A stretch of 45,558 nucleotides of DNA from an uncultured Nitrospiraceae bacterium (lineage in GTDB: Bacteria; Nitrospirota; Nitrospiria; Nitrospirales; Nitrospiraceae). The stretch is taken from positions 631 through 46,188 of the forward strand of contig CAYJUP010000002.1 in assembly GCA_964373365.1 (NCBI GenBank). Reading direction: 5' to 3'. The stretch's first letter is position 1, and the number at the start of each line of letters is the position of its first letter. The notes beneath the pieces were generated by a model that had not been told where the DNA came from, ran no database searches, and saw nothing but the letters and a program-made list of their open reading frames with translations. The position numbers and the translations under genes were made by a program. Below, one piece after another: positions 35,366 through 43,921 of the stretch.

Positions 35366-36715
35366 ATGGCTCTTGAGCCGCAGCTGCTCGCCGAGTTCAG
35401 AGCACGACTGAAGCGTTCCCGGGAGACGAATCAGGAGGGGTGGGACTCTTCACGTCGTTTGGTGGGGCCGTCGCAGGTTCAGTTCACGCTGAAGCGGTTG
35501 GTTGCCGCCATTCACGCATCCTCCCTCCCGCACGAATTGCGCGACGCGCTGATCAGCGGGCTTCGCGGTGGGACAGCCGATCGCATCCAGGTTCTTCCCG
35601 GAGAGGCGCTCAAGCAGCTCACCGGTCTTTCCCGCACCAAAGCCGTCCGCACGCTGTGTGTCCTGTTCGGGCTGGCGAATGAGGACGCCCCGGCGGCGGT
35701 TTCGACCTTCACCCCCGCTCAGATCGAGCAGTTTGTCCGCGGCTGTGGCAACCCGTTCGACCTGCTGCTTGAGGCGGAGGCGGCGTCCCTGCTTGAGTTG
35801 GGCGCCGGCGACCTTTCATTTGCTGCCGAGCTAGTGGAACAGTACCTGCTCCGCCTCAGCTCGCAACACAAAGGTCTGACGCTGCACTGCATTGACCGGC
35901 TTCGGCCCGGGTCCAAACTGGGCGGTCGCTTGCACGTCGATCAGGACCGCTTGGAGAACCTCCGGCACCATCCATCCCCGGGCCTTCACTTTCGGTTCTG
36001 GGGGAATCAGGACATGTTCGAGTTGGAGAAGGTCACGAGCCTGTGGCCCTGCTACACGATCGTCACCTGCCACGCCCCTGCCACCCCCACGTTCGCGTAT
36101 GAACCCGCACGGGTGTCGCGACCGATCATCGACGCGCACCTCAGGAAGACAAAAGGAGAATTTCGAACCGTCCGAGTGGAGGGTGAAGAGGCCTTGGAAG
36201 TGCTGCATGCCGGACGGGCGCTCCTGTTTCCTTCTTGGAAATTCGAGATCCGGGGGCCTCTCGCGCTGCTGGATCTGATCTCCAGGCGAGGCAAGCTATG
36301 CGTCCTATCGTCGGTGGATATCGAGGTCTTCTGGGAGATTCTGTCCCAACTCCTGGCCGATGCGCGCCTACGGCCGCCGGATGTGATCTTCACTCCCTCG
36401 ATCATCGCAGATTTGTTCGGCGCGGTGCATGCCAGGCTGTCCTCGCTGCCGGTCGGTGAGTCCCTGATTCTTTCGGATCTCACCCATCTGAGGCAGGACA
36501 TCCCCCGTATACTGGGTGAACCTGCTGCGCAGAACCGCCACTATCGCTTTCGGTATGTGGAGGTCCGTCGCGGGGCCGTCTTCGAAGGGTTGCCGGCCAG
36601 CCAGACCGCCCGTCTCTTCAAAGACATGACCGCCGAAGAACCGCCCTGGTTTCTGATCTTGGTGCCAGACGCAAGCGATCTCGACGCGGAGCGCGGCTCC
36701 GGGGCACGCAGCTAG
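35366..36715 (+). CDS. Hypothetical protein, possible Rossmann/SAM-methyltransferase-like core
   Basis: 449 aa, starting 6 nt after the HDO stop. The only motif I recognise is LLELGAGDLSFAAELV followed by LTLHCIDRL (motif I plus an acidic beta2 end). Confidence 0.6.
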   Translation: MALEPQLLAEFRARLKRSRETNQEGWDSSRRLVGPSQVQFTLKRLVAAIHASSLPHELRDALISGLRGGTADRIQVLPGEALKQLTGLSRTKAVRTLCVLFGLANEDAPAAVSTFTPAQIEQFVRGCGNPFDLLLEAEAASLLELGAGDLSFAAELVEQYLLRLSSQHKGLTLHCIDRLRPGSKLGGRLHVDQDRLENLRHHPSPGLHFRFWGNQDMFELEKVTSLWPCYTIVTCHAPATPTFAYEPARVSRPIIDAHLRKTKGEFRTVRVEGEEALEVLHAGRALLFPSWKFEIRGPLALLDLISRRGKLCVLSSVDIEVFWEILSQLLADARLRPPDVIFTPSIIADLFGAVHARLSSLPVGESLILSDLTHLRQDIPRILGEPAAQNRHYRFRYVEVRRGAVFEGLPASQTARLFKDMTAEEPPWFLILVPDASDLDAERGSGARS

Positions 36716-36781
36716 GGGCACTCTTTCTGACGCTTTTGTATAGCGTGAACGCCAGCCTAGACGCGTGCTCGCCCGAGAAAA

Positions 36782-36810
36782 TTGACGGTCTGCAGGGCGT
36801 CTGATAGACT
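36782..36810 (+). promoter_or_regulatory. Candidate promoter of the moxR-DUF58-transglutaminase operon
   Basis: TTGACG (36782-36787), a 17-nt spacer, then TAGACT (36805-36810), ~65 nt upstream of ATG 36875. Confidence 0.45.
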
Positions 36811-36874
36811 TTCCACGCATCGATCATGCATTTGCCAGCGATTGTCGACGGTGATAACCTCAGCTTTTCCGACC

Positions 36875-37816
36875 ATGGACGCAACAAGGAAGATCCAGGC
36901 GATTCGGGCCAATATTGAGCGAGTCATCAAGGGGAAAGCCCAGGCGATCGAACTGACCGTCGTCTCGCTCCTCGCCCGCGGGCATCTCTTGATCGAGGAT
37001 GTTCCCGGGGTGGGCAAGACCACCCTGGCCCACAGCCTGGCCCGTTCTTTGGATTGCTCATTCAAACGGATCCAGTTCACGAGCGACCTCCTGCCGTCCG
37101 ACATCCTGGGGGTGTCGATCTTCCATCAGCAGAAGCAGGCCTTCGAGTTCAGGCCGGGGCCGATCTTTGCCAACATCGTGCTGGCGGATGAGATCAACCG
37201 CACCACCCCGAAGACTCAAAGTTGCCTGCTGGAGGCGATGAACGATGCCCAGGTGTCGGTGGACAGCCAGACCCGTCTCCTGCCCCAGCCGTTCATGGTC
37301 ATCGCCACGCAAAATCCGGTGGAGTATCACGGCACCTTTCCGTTGCCGGAGTCGCAACTCGATCGGTTTCTGATGCGGATCCGGATCGGGTATCCCGATC
37401 CCTCGGAGGAAAAGAAGGTCTTGGACCGGCAGAAGTTTCTTCATCCCGCCGATGAATTGCAGCCGGTGCTCTCGGTTGAGGAAGTGCTCGACCTCCAGAA
37501 CGGGGTGGAGAAGGTCCGTCTCGACGACAGTCTCATGGACTATCTCCTGGCCATTGTCTCCGAGACCCGCCGAAGCGACCTGCTGTCTCTCGGGGTCAGT
37601 ACCCGTGGCGCCATGGCGCTGCACAAGGCGGCGAAGGCGCTGGCCCTGGTTCGAGACCGCGACTTCTGCCTCCCTGACGATATCAAGGACTTGGCCCCTG
37701 TCGTCCTGTCGCACCGGGTCATGCTCGGCACGAGCCAAGGCGCTCGAGGGCAGTGCTTCGAAGAGGCCGAGAGAGTCATCCAGGATATTGTGGAGTCAGT
37801 CCCCGTTCCACTGTAA
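36875..37816 (+). CDS. MoxR-family AAA+ ATPase
   Basis: Start moved to ATG 36875 (MDATRKIQAIRANIERVIKGK), because the track start lies inside the predicted promoter. Walker A is EDVPGVGKTTLA and Walker B is VLADEINR. Confidence 0.9.
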   Translation: MDATRKIQAIRANIERVIKGKAQAIELTVVSLLARGHLLIEDVPGVGKTTLAHSLARSLDCSFKRIQFTSDLLPSDILGVSIFHQQKQAFEFRPGPIFANIVLADEINRTTPKTQSCLLEAMNDAQVSVDSQTRLLPQPFMVIATQNPVEYHGTFPLPESQLDRFLMRIRIGYPDPSEEKKVLDRQKFLHPADELQPVLSVEEVLDLQNGVEKVRLDDSLMDYLLAIVSETRRSDLLSLGVSTRGAMALHKAAKALALVRDRDFCLPDDIKDLAPVVLSHRVMLGTSQGARGQCFEEAERVIQDIVESVPVPL

Positions 37817-37820
37817 GGAT

Positions 37821-37899
37821 GCAGGCTAGAGGCAAAGGGCAAGCGGCGATAGGTCGAAATATCTTCCCTCTAGCCTCATGCCTTCCGTTGATGGCCTCT
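37821..37899. repeat. Heptad-phased GGC/GCC inverted-repeat element, copy D (fills the moxR-DUF58 gap)
   Basis: GGC lies at 37824, 37831, 37838 and 37845. GCC lies at 37873, 37880 and 37894. A perfect 9-bp inverted repeat pairs GGCTAGAGG (37824-37832) with CCTCTAGCC (37867-37875). Confidence 0.75.
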
Positions 37900-37900
37900 G

Positions 37901-39040
37901 ATGCGCTTTGAACGGGTCCGCGAGTTTTTCCGCTGGTTCTACCGCTACCGATCCATTCGCCTTACCTCCGAAGGGACGCGGTTCGTCCTGCTCAGTTTGG
38001 CGGTCGGCGTCGCCGCCATCAATACCGGCAATAACCTGCTGTACCTCCTGCTGGCGATGATGCTCAGCCTCATCGTCATGTCGGGCATCCTGTCGGAGCA
38101 ATGTCTCAAGCAGCTCACCATCCGCAGACGGGTGCCAAAGCACATCTTCGCCAACCGTCCAACCACAGCCGCCCTCTCCATCACCAACCGGAAGCCGCGG
38201 GTGCCGACGTTCTCGCTGCGGGTCATGGACGTTGTGGCGGGGGTCGCCGTGGATCGCGGCATTCACCTCCTTCACGTGCCGCCGCGAGCCGGGACGCTTC
38301 AGTCATATCCGCTCCTGATCGCGCGGCGGGGCCGTTACCGGATGGAAGGAATCAAGTTGCTCACACGCTTTCCGTTCGGCCTCTTCATTAAGGCGGCGAC
38401 CCTCCCGCTTGGGGCCGACCTGGTGGTCTACCCCGAGCTCACACCGCTGCCGGATGTGCTGGTTCGGGATCTCACCGCGCTGGGCCATGACAAGCCCACG
38501 CCCCGGCGGGGACAGGGTGTGGCCTTGTACAATCTCCGGCGGTACCAGCCCGGTGACGATTCGCGGAGTATCCATTGGAAGACCTCGGCGCGCCAGGCCA
38601 GGCTCATGGTCAAGGAAACCGAGGCTGAGGACCAACGGCACGTGTCGATTGCCCTGCCCACCGCTGTGCCCGAAGGCCGGGAGATCAGCGGTGCACCGTC
38701 TTCTCCCGGGGAACACTCGTTTGAACAGGCGGTGGGCCTCACCGCGTCGCTGGCATCCTTCTTCCACGCACGGTCCTACGCGATTCGTGTACTCATCGGT
38801 GACCGGGAGATTCCGCATGGAATCGGGATGGCGCACCTCTACCAAATCTTTCGCGTGCTGGGCCTCTGTCATCCGACTCCTGTCTTGGAGTCTGCGCCAA
38901 TGCCGGAGGGATTTCGGACACTCGGAGAGCGGACGGCGATGGGCGAATTAACCATCCTGGTCCTGCCCTGGGCCGATCCCCGACTCACAGCCGAGTGCCG
39001 TGGCGTGAGTCGTGTGTTGCGGGCAGGTGATCTCCCATGA
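37901..39040 (+). CDS. DUF58 domain protein (vWA-like, N-terminal TM hairpin)
   Basis: 379 aa with YQPGDDSRSIHWKTSARQARLMVKETE, the DUF58 signature. Confidence 0.85.
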   Translation: MRFERVREFFRWFYRYRSIRLTSEGTRFVLLSLAVGVAAINTGNNLLYLLLAMMLSLIVMSGILSEQCLKQLTIRRRVPKHIFANRPTTAALSITNRKPRVPTFSLRVMDVVAGVAVDRGIHLLHVPPRAGTLQSYPLLIARRGRYRMEGIKLLTRFPFGLFIKAATLPLGADLVVYPELTPLPDVLVRDLTALGHDKPTPRRGQGVALYNLRRYQPGDDSRSIHWKTSARQARLMVKETEAEDQRHVSIALPTAVPEGREISGAPSSPGEHSFEQAVGLTASLASFFHARSYAIRVLIGDREIPHGIGMAHLYQIFRVLGLCHPTPVLESAPMPEGFRTLGERTAMGELTILVLPWADPRLTAECRGVSRVLRAGDLP

Positions 39041-41205
39041 ACCTCGAGCGCGCATTTCGACTCAGCTCCGTCCTGTTGGCTGCGTCGGGTTTCACCGGCC
39101 TGATCCTGACCGGCCAGCTGCCGATCGGGTTGGTCGGGCTCGGACTGGTTTCACTGGCGGTCAGCCTCGCGCACGTCGTCGGGTGGGGCGCGGACTGGCT
39201 CATTTTTCGACTCTCACGTGAGGCCTGGAATGCCCTCATCATCGCGGCCTTTGTCGCCTTCGGGGTGGATTTCCTCTGGATCTCGGAGGACCTGCTGCCG
39301 GCAGGCGTCCATTTCCTGATCCTCTTGATGGTGAACAAGCTTTTGACCTTGCAGCAACGCAAAGATTTCCTGCATCTCTACGCCATCAGCTTGTTGGAGA
39401 TTCTGTCCGCGGCGGCCCTGACGGTGGAACTCTGGTACGGAGCCGTCTTTGTCGCGTATCTGCTCGCGGCAATCTGGACCTTGCTGCTCTACCACTTGAG
39501 AAATGAAGCGGAGGAAGCGCACGCCATCTTGCAACCGACCGGTGGACCGATGGACCCGGTTCGCACACCGGGACCCATCACGGGCCGGTTTTTCTGGACC
39601 ACGAACGGGATTGCGGTGGGGGCGTTCTGCCTCACGCTGGCCATCTTCTTCGTAATCCCGCGCATCGGGGCCGGGTTTTTCCAAAAAAACAGGGCCGAAC
39701 TCATCCGGACGTCCGGCTTTTCCGAACAGGTGGACTTGGGCATCATCGGTTCCATCAAACTGGATGAGACGGTCGTCATGCGGGTCGAGTTCCCGGACCA
39801 GAAGGGCCCCGTTGCGGAGCGCCTGTATTTTCGGGGCGCGGCCTATGACGTGTACAACGGTCGTTCCTGGGCCAACAGCTTAGCCCGTCGACATGTTGTA
39901 GGACGGACTCAGGACGGCGTCCACATCGTAGTTGCGACAGAGCCATCAAGTACGGAGCAGACAGGCCTCCGCCAAGAGGTGCTTGTCGAAGCCCTCGATA
40001 CGTCTGCGCTGTTCGGCGTTCCCGTTGTGGACTCGGTGAAGGGCCTTTTCTTCTTGATGCTGGTGGATGGCATGGGAAATCTTTATTTGCCCTATCTCCC
40101 TTCTACGCGGTTTCAGTACAGCGCGCACTCGATCCCGTCGAACCTGCTGGAAGAGGAACGAACCGCGAAGACCTTCTCCTATCCGAGCCATGTGAAGGAG
40201 CATTTTCTTCAACTGCCGGGGTTGAGCCCGAGAGTCGCGGAGCTGGCCCGGGCGGTGGTCAGACAAGCTCAGACTCCCTACGAGATGGCCATCGCCGTCG
40301 AACGCCACCTTCGAGAGGATTACCGATACAGCCTCGATGTGGGAATAACCGTTCCCGAGAGCCCGGTTGAAGAGTTTCTGTTCACCCGCAAGAGCGGCTA
40401 TTGCGAGCACTATGCGACAGCGATGGTGGTGATGCTCCGAGCGTTGGGCATTCCGACTCGTCTGGTCACCGGGTTTCTTCCTGGCGAGTGGAACGACTTT
40501 GGCAACTACTATACGGTCCGTCAGCGGGATGCCCATGCCTGGGTCGAGGTGTTTTTCCCACGCTCCGGGTGGATTACATTTGATCCGACCCCCAGCGTGA
40601 CCGCGGCCGTAACGAGCCCCCTCTGGTCAATGCTCGGCAGGGTCGTGGACTCGATCCGGCTGAAATGGGACCGCTTCGTGATCCTCTATAGCTTCCGTGA
40701 CCAGATGGCGGTCGCCCAGGACATCCGTGAGCGCAGCGACAAAGTGCGTTCGCAGGTCTCGGCATCGCTGGCCACTGCCCTCCGATGGGTCGCGGCTGGC
40801 CGGGCACGAGTCGCCGAATTCTTGCGCGCTTCAGATTGGCTGCTCGTTGGGGTGGTGGGAGGTGCGGGACTTGCCGGGCTCATCGTGATCGCGTGGATAA
40901 GAGTGAGAGCCCGGGTCAGACGCGGGCAACTCATGCTACGCACTCCGCGGCAGGCCACAGCGATGCGGTTGTATGGTCGGATGCTGCGGCTCCTGGAGTC
41001 TCGTGGCGTGAGCAAGGCCCCCGGCGCGGCGCCGATGGAATTCGCCAGACTGGTGGACCGAGAGTGGTCCAACGCCAGTCGGTTCGTCCAACCGCTGACC
41101 GAGCTCTATTGCCGGGTTCGGTTTGGACAGGTCCCGCTCTCGTCCGAAGACCTGCAGCGGGTAGACGACCTTCTGGCGGGGCTTCGTGCGGTGAAGCGAA
41201 CGTGA
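39037..41205 (+). CDS. Transglutaminase-like membrane protein (TgpA-type)
   Basis: 722 aa with an ATGA overlap with DUF58. It has an N-terminal multi-TM region, the transglutaminase core GYCEHYATAMVVMLRALGIPTRLVTGF...DAHAWVEVFF, and a C-terminal TM plus DUF4129-like tail. Confidence 0.88.
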   Translation: MNLERAFRLSSVLLAASGFTGLILTGQLPIGLVGLGLVSLAVSLAHVVGWGADWLIFRLSREAWNALIIAAFVAFGVDFLWISEDLLPAGVHFLILLMVNKLLTLQQRKDFLHLYAISLLEILSAAALTVELWYGAVFVAYLLAAIWTLLLYHLRNEAEEAHAILQPTGGPMDPVRTPGPITGRFFWTTNGIAVGAFCLTLAIFFVIPRIGAGFFQKNRAELIRTSGFSEQVDLGIIGSIKLDETVVMRVEFPDQKGPVAERLYFRGAAYDVYNGRSWANSLARRHVVGRTQDGVHIVVATEPSSTEQTGLRQEVLVEALDTSALFGVPVVDSVKGLFFLMLVDGMGNLYLPYLPSTRFQYSAHSIPSNLLEEERTAKTFSYPSHVKEHFLQLPGLSPRVAELARAVVRQAQTPYEMAIAVERHLREDYRYSLDVGITVPESPVEEFLFTRKSGYCEHYATAMVVMLRALGIPTRLVTGFLPGEWNDFGNYYTVRQRDAHAWVEVFFPRSGWITFDPTPSVTAAVTSPLWSMLGRVVDSIRLKWDRFVILYSFRDQMAVAQDIRERSDKVRSQVSASLATALRWVAAGRARVAEFLRASDWLLVGVVGGAGLAGLIVIAWIRVRARVRRGQLMLRTPRQATAMRLYGRMLRLLESRGVSKAPGAAPMEFARLVDREWSNASRFVQPLTELYCRVRFGQVPLSSEDLQRVDDLLAGLRAVKRT

Positions 41206-41219
41206 GGAAGAGCGGAAAG

Positions 41220-41238
41220 TTTCTCACCGATTGAGAAA
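41220..41238. terminator. Weak AT-rich hairpin between the convergent transglutaminase gene and tRNA-Gly
   Basis: TTTCTCA, a ccgat loop, then TGAGAAA give a 7-bp stem with no clear U-tract. Confidence 0.2.
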
Positions 41239-41267
41239 TGTCGCGGGTTCCTGCAGACAGAATCTAA

Positions 41268-41342
41268 TGGAGCGGGAAACGGGATTTGAACCCGCGACCC
41301 TCGCCTTGGCAAGGCGATGCTCTACCACTGAGCTATTCCCGC
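41268..41342 (-). tRNA. tRNA-Gly (anticodon GCC), CCA encoded
   Basis: The reverse complement is GCGGGAATAGCTCAGTGGTAGAGCATCGCCTTGCCAAGGCGAGGGTCGCGGGTTCAAATCCCGTTTCCCGCTCCA. It has a 7-bp acceptor stem, a D-arm GCTC/GAGC, the anticodon loop TTGCCAA and a T-loop TTCAAAT. Confidence 0.95.
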
Positions 41343-41362
41343 TCTCGAATCGAAGGCAATCG

Positions 41363-41391
41363 ATTCTACTGGCCGTTCCACCCCCTGTCAA
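41363..41391 (-). promoter_or_regulatory. tRNA-Gly promoter (near-perfect sigma70 consensus)
   Basis: Minus strand reads TTGACA (41391-41386), a 17-nt spacer, then TAGAAT (41368-41363), ~20 nt upstream of the mature 5' end. Confidence 0.6.
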
Positions 41392-41563
41392 GCCGATCGC
41401 CGAGCCACTATTCCGGTTGTCCAGCAAGCCTCACCACGTTGCGAACGGACATGGCGCACGTCGGACATTCCGGATCCCACGGCGGCATTGCTCGACATGA
41501 TCAGGCTGCAGTCCCTACGCCAGCGGTCCGTTTTTCTCGACGAAGAGTCCTGCTTGGGAATGC

Positions 41564-41592
41564 TTGACGCCTAGCCGAGCCTTGAGTAGAGT
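41564..41592 (+). promoter_or_regulatory. Candidate promoter
   Basis: TTGACG (41564-41569), a 17-nt spacer, then TAGAGT (41587-41592). Confidence 0.4.
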
Positions 41593-41635
41593 GATGGCGT
41601 GCGCGGCCGCCCGTGGCTTCCGTTCTGAGGGACTG

Positions 41636-41818
41636 ATGGCAATACCGCCACTCACGCCGATTCCGTTTGCCGCCCAGGCGGTCCCCTTTCACGAATTTTT
41701 GGCGACCGGCAAAGTGCCGGCGGGGCTGCTCTCCAGCGATTATGTGGCCGAACAGTTTGTTGAACGGCTGGTGCACTATGTGCTGAGTGTTGCGGCCGGC
41801 AGTTACACGATGGCCTAA
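41636..41818 (+). CDS. Small hypothetical protein (60 aa)
   Basis: An in-frame ATG at 41636 lies behind GAGGGA and downstream of the predicted promoter. The track start 41564 falls inside the -35 box. The competing minus-strand ORF is Arg-rich over this span. Confidence 0.35.
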   Translation: MAIPPLTPIPFAAQAVPFHEFLATGKVPAGLLSSDYVAEQFVERLVHYVLSVAAGSYTMA

Positions 41819-41982
41819 CTGGGTCAACTGCTCGAGCAACTCGATCCCCGCCATCAGGTCTTCTTCTTTAAACGCCTGAAGGAGACCAGTCCGCAGAGCC
41901 TCAAGGATTTTGCCCCGCTCTATTACGGATTTATGTCCGAATTCCACGACCTGCTCTTCACCTAACTATCAGAAAAAACAGC

Positions 41983-42010
41983 TTGTGACGGCCTCGCACT
42001 CATGTATAAT
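41983..42010 (+). promoter_or_regulatory. Candidate promoter
   Basis: TTGTGA (41983-41988), a 16-nt spacer, then a perfect TATAAT (42005-42010), ~30 nt upstream of ATG 42043. Confidence 0.45.
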
Positions 42011-42042
42011 GAGCAAACTCTACCCTTGGGACGAGGAGACGC

Positions 42043-42411
42043 ATGAATCCGACATTGCAGAGAGCGGTGACGAGCTTCTACAACTTGGTCTACGAGGCGC
42101 AGACCTTTGCCACCACGATGGCCCGACTCGACGCGGCCGACCAAGAACATTACGCCGGGAGAATCGAGGGTCTCAATTGGGTCCTTGATCGCTGCCAGGA
42201 GCTGGAAGATATGGATGCCAACCTGACACCCTCCTCGCTGCAACGGGTGCTGAGCGATGTGAAGTCGGACCTGGATCATGAGCTCTCGGTGCAGCGCCGC
42301 GAGAAGGGTCGGCGGGCTGACGGTCGAGAAGAGGCCCTGACCTTTGTATCGGACTATCTCTCGAGTCTCATTACTGTCACCGAGATTGAGTCCTCAAAAA
42401 GTTCGGTCTGA
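42043..42411 (+). CDS. Hypothetical helical protein (122 aa)
   Basis: It has a GAGGAG SD, balanced composition and its own promoter. I recognised no motif. Confidence 0.6.
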   Translation: MNPTLQRAVTSFYNLVYEAQTFATTMARLDAADQEHYAGRIEGLNWVLDRCQELEDMDANLTPSSLQRVLSDVKSDLDHELSVQRREKGRRADGREEALTFVSDYLSSLITVTEIESSKSSV

Positions 42412-42508
42412 CCTCACAGGCGGGGGCACGTGCGTTCTCGGTCCCACCGTTCCTGGAAGCTGGCCCCTCAGGTAACCCAATTCAACGAGTCCGTTTTAGG
42501 CTGGTGGA

Positions 42509-42736
42509 ATGGAGACACCGCGTAGGACCAGGATGGTCCGTGAATGGATTATTTTCGCAATTTGCCTGGGGCTCGGCGGCCACATCGTGCTCGGCGTGAT
42601 CCTACACGCGCCGGAGCGGTGGCCGTGGAGCGATGAGGGCGTTCACGGGCTTTTGGTTGGACTGTCGGTGTATGTCGCGGTGCAGCTCGTTCGTTCCGTC
42701 TGGTGGGTCGTCAAAAGCAGGACAAAGACGGGCTAG
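42509..42736 (+). CDS. Small two-TM membrane protein (hypothetical)
   Basis: 75 aa with two hydrophobic helices (WIIFAICLGLGGHIVLGVIL and LLVGLSVYVAVQLV). Confidence 0.5.
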   Translation: METPRRTRMVREWIIFAICLGLGGHIVLGVILHAPERWPWSDEGVHGLLVGLSVYVAVQLVRSVWWVVKSRTKTG

Positions 42737-42763
42737 AGGCACTCACCCTCACGGTCTCCCCAA

Positions 42764-42988
42764 TCAGTGTTCGCTCCGCCGCAGGTCCACGAACTCGCGT
42801 GATCGGACAAGATCGTCATGCGTGCAGAGCCGCTTCTCGACCAGCAGGTGCTCCACAGCCGCGAGGCGGGCGGTCAGTTCCGGCAACATGATATCCAGCG
42901 CTTCGGCCAGCTCATACAGGCGACGGTTCGTGGCGCTCGCTGGGCTCGACCGCCGTTGTTTTCTCGCCCGCTTCTTTTTCGGCGGCAT
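42764..42988 (-). CDS. Small basic hypothetical protein (74 aa)
   Basis: I trimmed the track ORF to ATG 42988 (MPPKKKRARKQ) behind a GGAGG SD with 6-nt spacing. Confidence 0.5.
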   Translation of the reverse strand: MPPKKKRARKQRRSSPASATNRRLYELAEALDIMLPELTARLAAVEHLLVEKRLCTHDDLVRSREFVDLRRSEH

Positions 42989-43126
42989 AGCAGCCTCCGG
43001 GTGAGGCCTCAGCATCTGAACGTCAACGACGCCGCGCTATTTTGCGCGCGTCGCCATGAGTTTTCAACTGGCGGGCCCGCCCTTCCTTCTTCCTGCTCTG
43101 GCCGCCGGCAGAGGTCTGCTGCCATG

Positions 43127-43627
43127 TTAGGCATGCTGGGAACTTTCCATTTCTCCAGCCCGCTCACGCAGAAACTCTAGCAGGCGCTTGTTGTCACGAG
43201 CCGTGCGAAGAAACTTAAGCCCAATACTCTTGGCCCTGACGGACCGAACGATCGCCGCCTCCTCAATAGGGAGCTCCTGCTCAGCAATAAAGAGCTTCAA
43301 GTAATAGATCTCGTCTGCGCGCGCCGGCGCGTCGCTCTGGATCAGGCAGCCTCCTATGGAAATATTGAGCACGGTCCCCTCTCCACGGATACGCCCTCCT
43401 GAGAAGGCCAGTGAGAATCGGACCGGAATGCGCGTATGCTCTCGTCGGTCCACTAGATGCGTGGGATAGCATCGGCCCCATCGAAAGGCCAGAAATCGGT
43501 GACTGCAGAGCTGACAGCGAAATGGGCAGAATAAGAGAACGGAGAGGATTCGCTCCCTGAACGAGAAACTTTGGGATCTGAGAACGGCATCCTTTCCACA
43601 CTGTGGACACCGAAGCGGCTGTGCCAT
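43127..43627 (-). CDS. PilZ domain protein with N-terminal Cys4 zinc-ribbon-like segment
   Basis: 166 aa with CPQC...CQLC at the N-terminus. The PilZ motifs are RREHTR (RxxxR) and VLNISIGGC (D/NxSxxG). An AGGAGGGG SD is present. Confidence 0.8.
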   Translation of the reverse strand: MAQPLRCPQCGKDAVLRSQSFSFRERILSVLLFCPFRCQLCSHRFLAFRWGRCYPTHLVDRREHTRIPVRFSLAFSGGRIRGEGTVLNISIGGCLIQSDAPARADEIYYLKLFIAEQELPIEEAAIVRSVRAKSIGLKFLRTARDNKRLLEFLRERAGEMESSQHA

Positions 43628-43921
43628 CAGGGAAACCCCTCCTGATTACCGCGAACATCTGCTCTCTCTCTATAGACAAGAAGAGGCGATGGGGCAAGAA
43701 CTTTCTGTAAATAAGTGGCGACTTCGCCGAGCACTCGGCGGTGGTCATGCTCGTTGTGTCTGAGGCGCGGTCCTTCCTGAACAAACAATTTGCTTGTCTT
43801 CACCTCTCTTGTGGAATATCTTTTGCTAGCATGGACCCTGTAGAGCCGTAAGGTCGAAATCGGGCAATCCTGTTACCCTTCTGCGGATGACGATCCAAGA
43901 GCGAGTATTCAACGGGACGCG

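Noticed and set aside
40884-40892. A DnaA-box-like CGTGGATAA inside the transglutaminase gene
   Set aside because: It is a single 8/9 match within a CDS. There is no cluster and no AT-rich unwinding element.
41268-41342. tRNA-Gly as an integration site for a genomic island
   Set aside because: The tRNA 3' end faces the transglutaminase gene, not the small-ORF stretch. I found no integrase and no direct repeat of the tRNA 3' end in the window.
41501-41947. 148-aa minus-strand ORF (GTG start) overlapping the 41636-41818 plus-strand ORF
   Set aside because: The first ~40 aa look plausible. The remaining ~100 aa are Arg-rich with low complexity, there is no SD, and a good plus-strand promoter sits inside it. 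The region remains ambiguous, and neither ORF is strongly supported.
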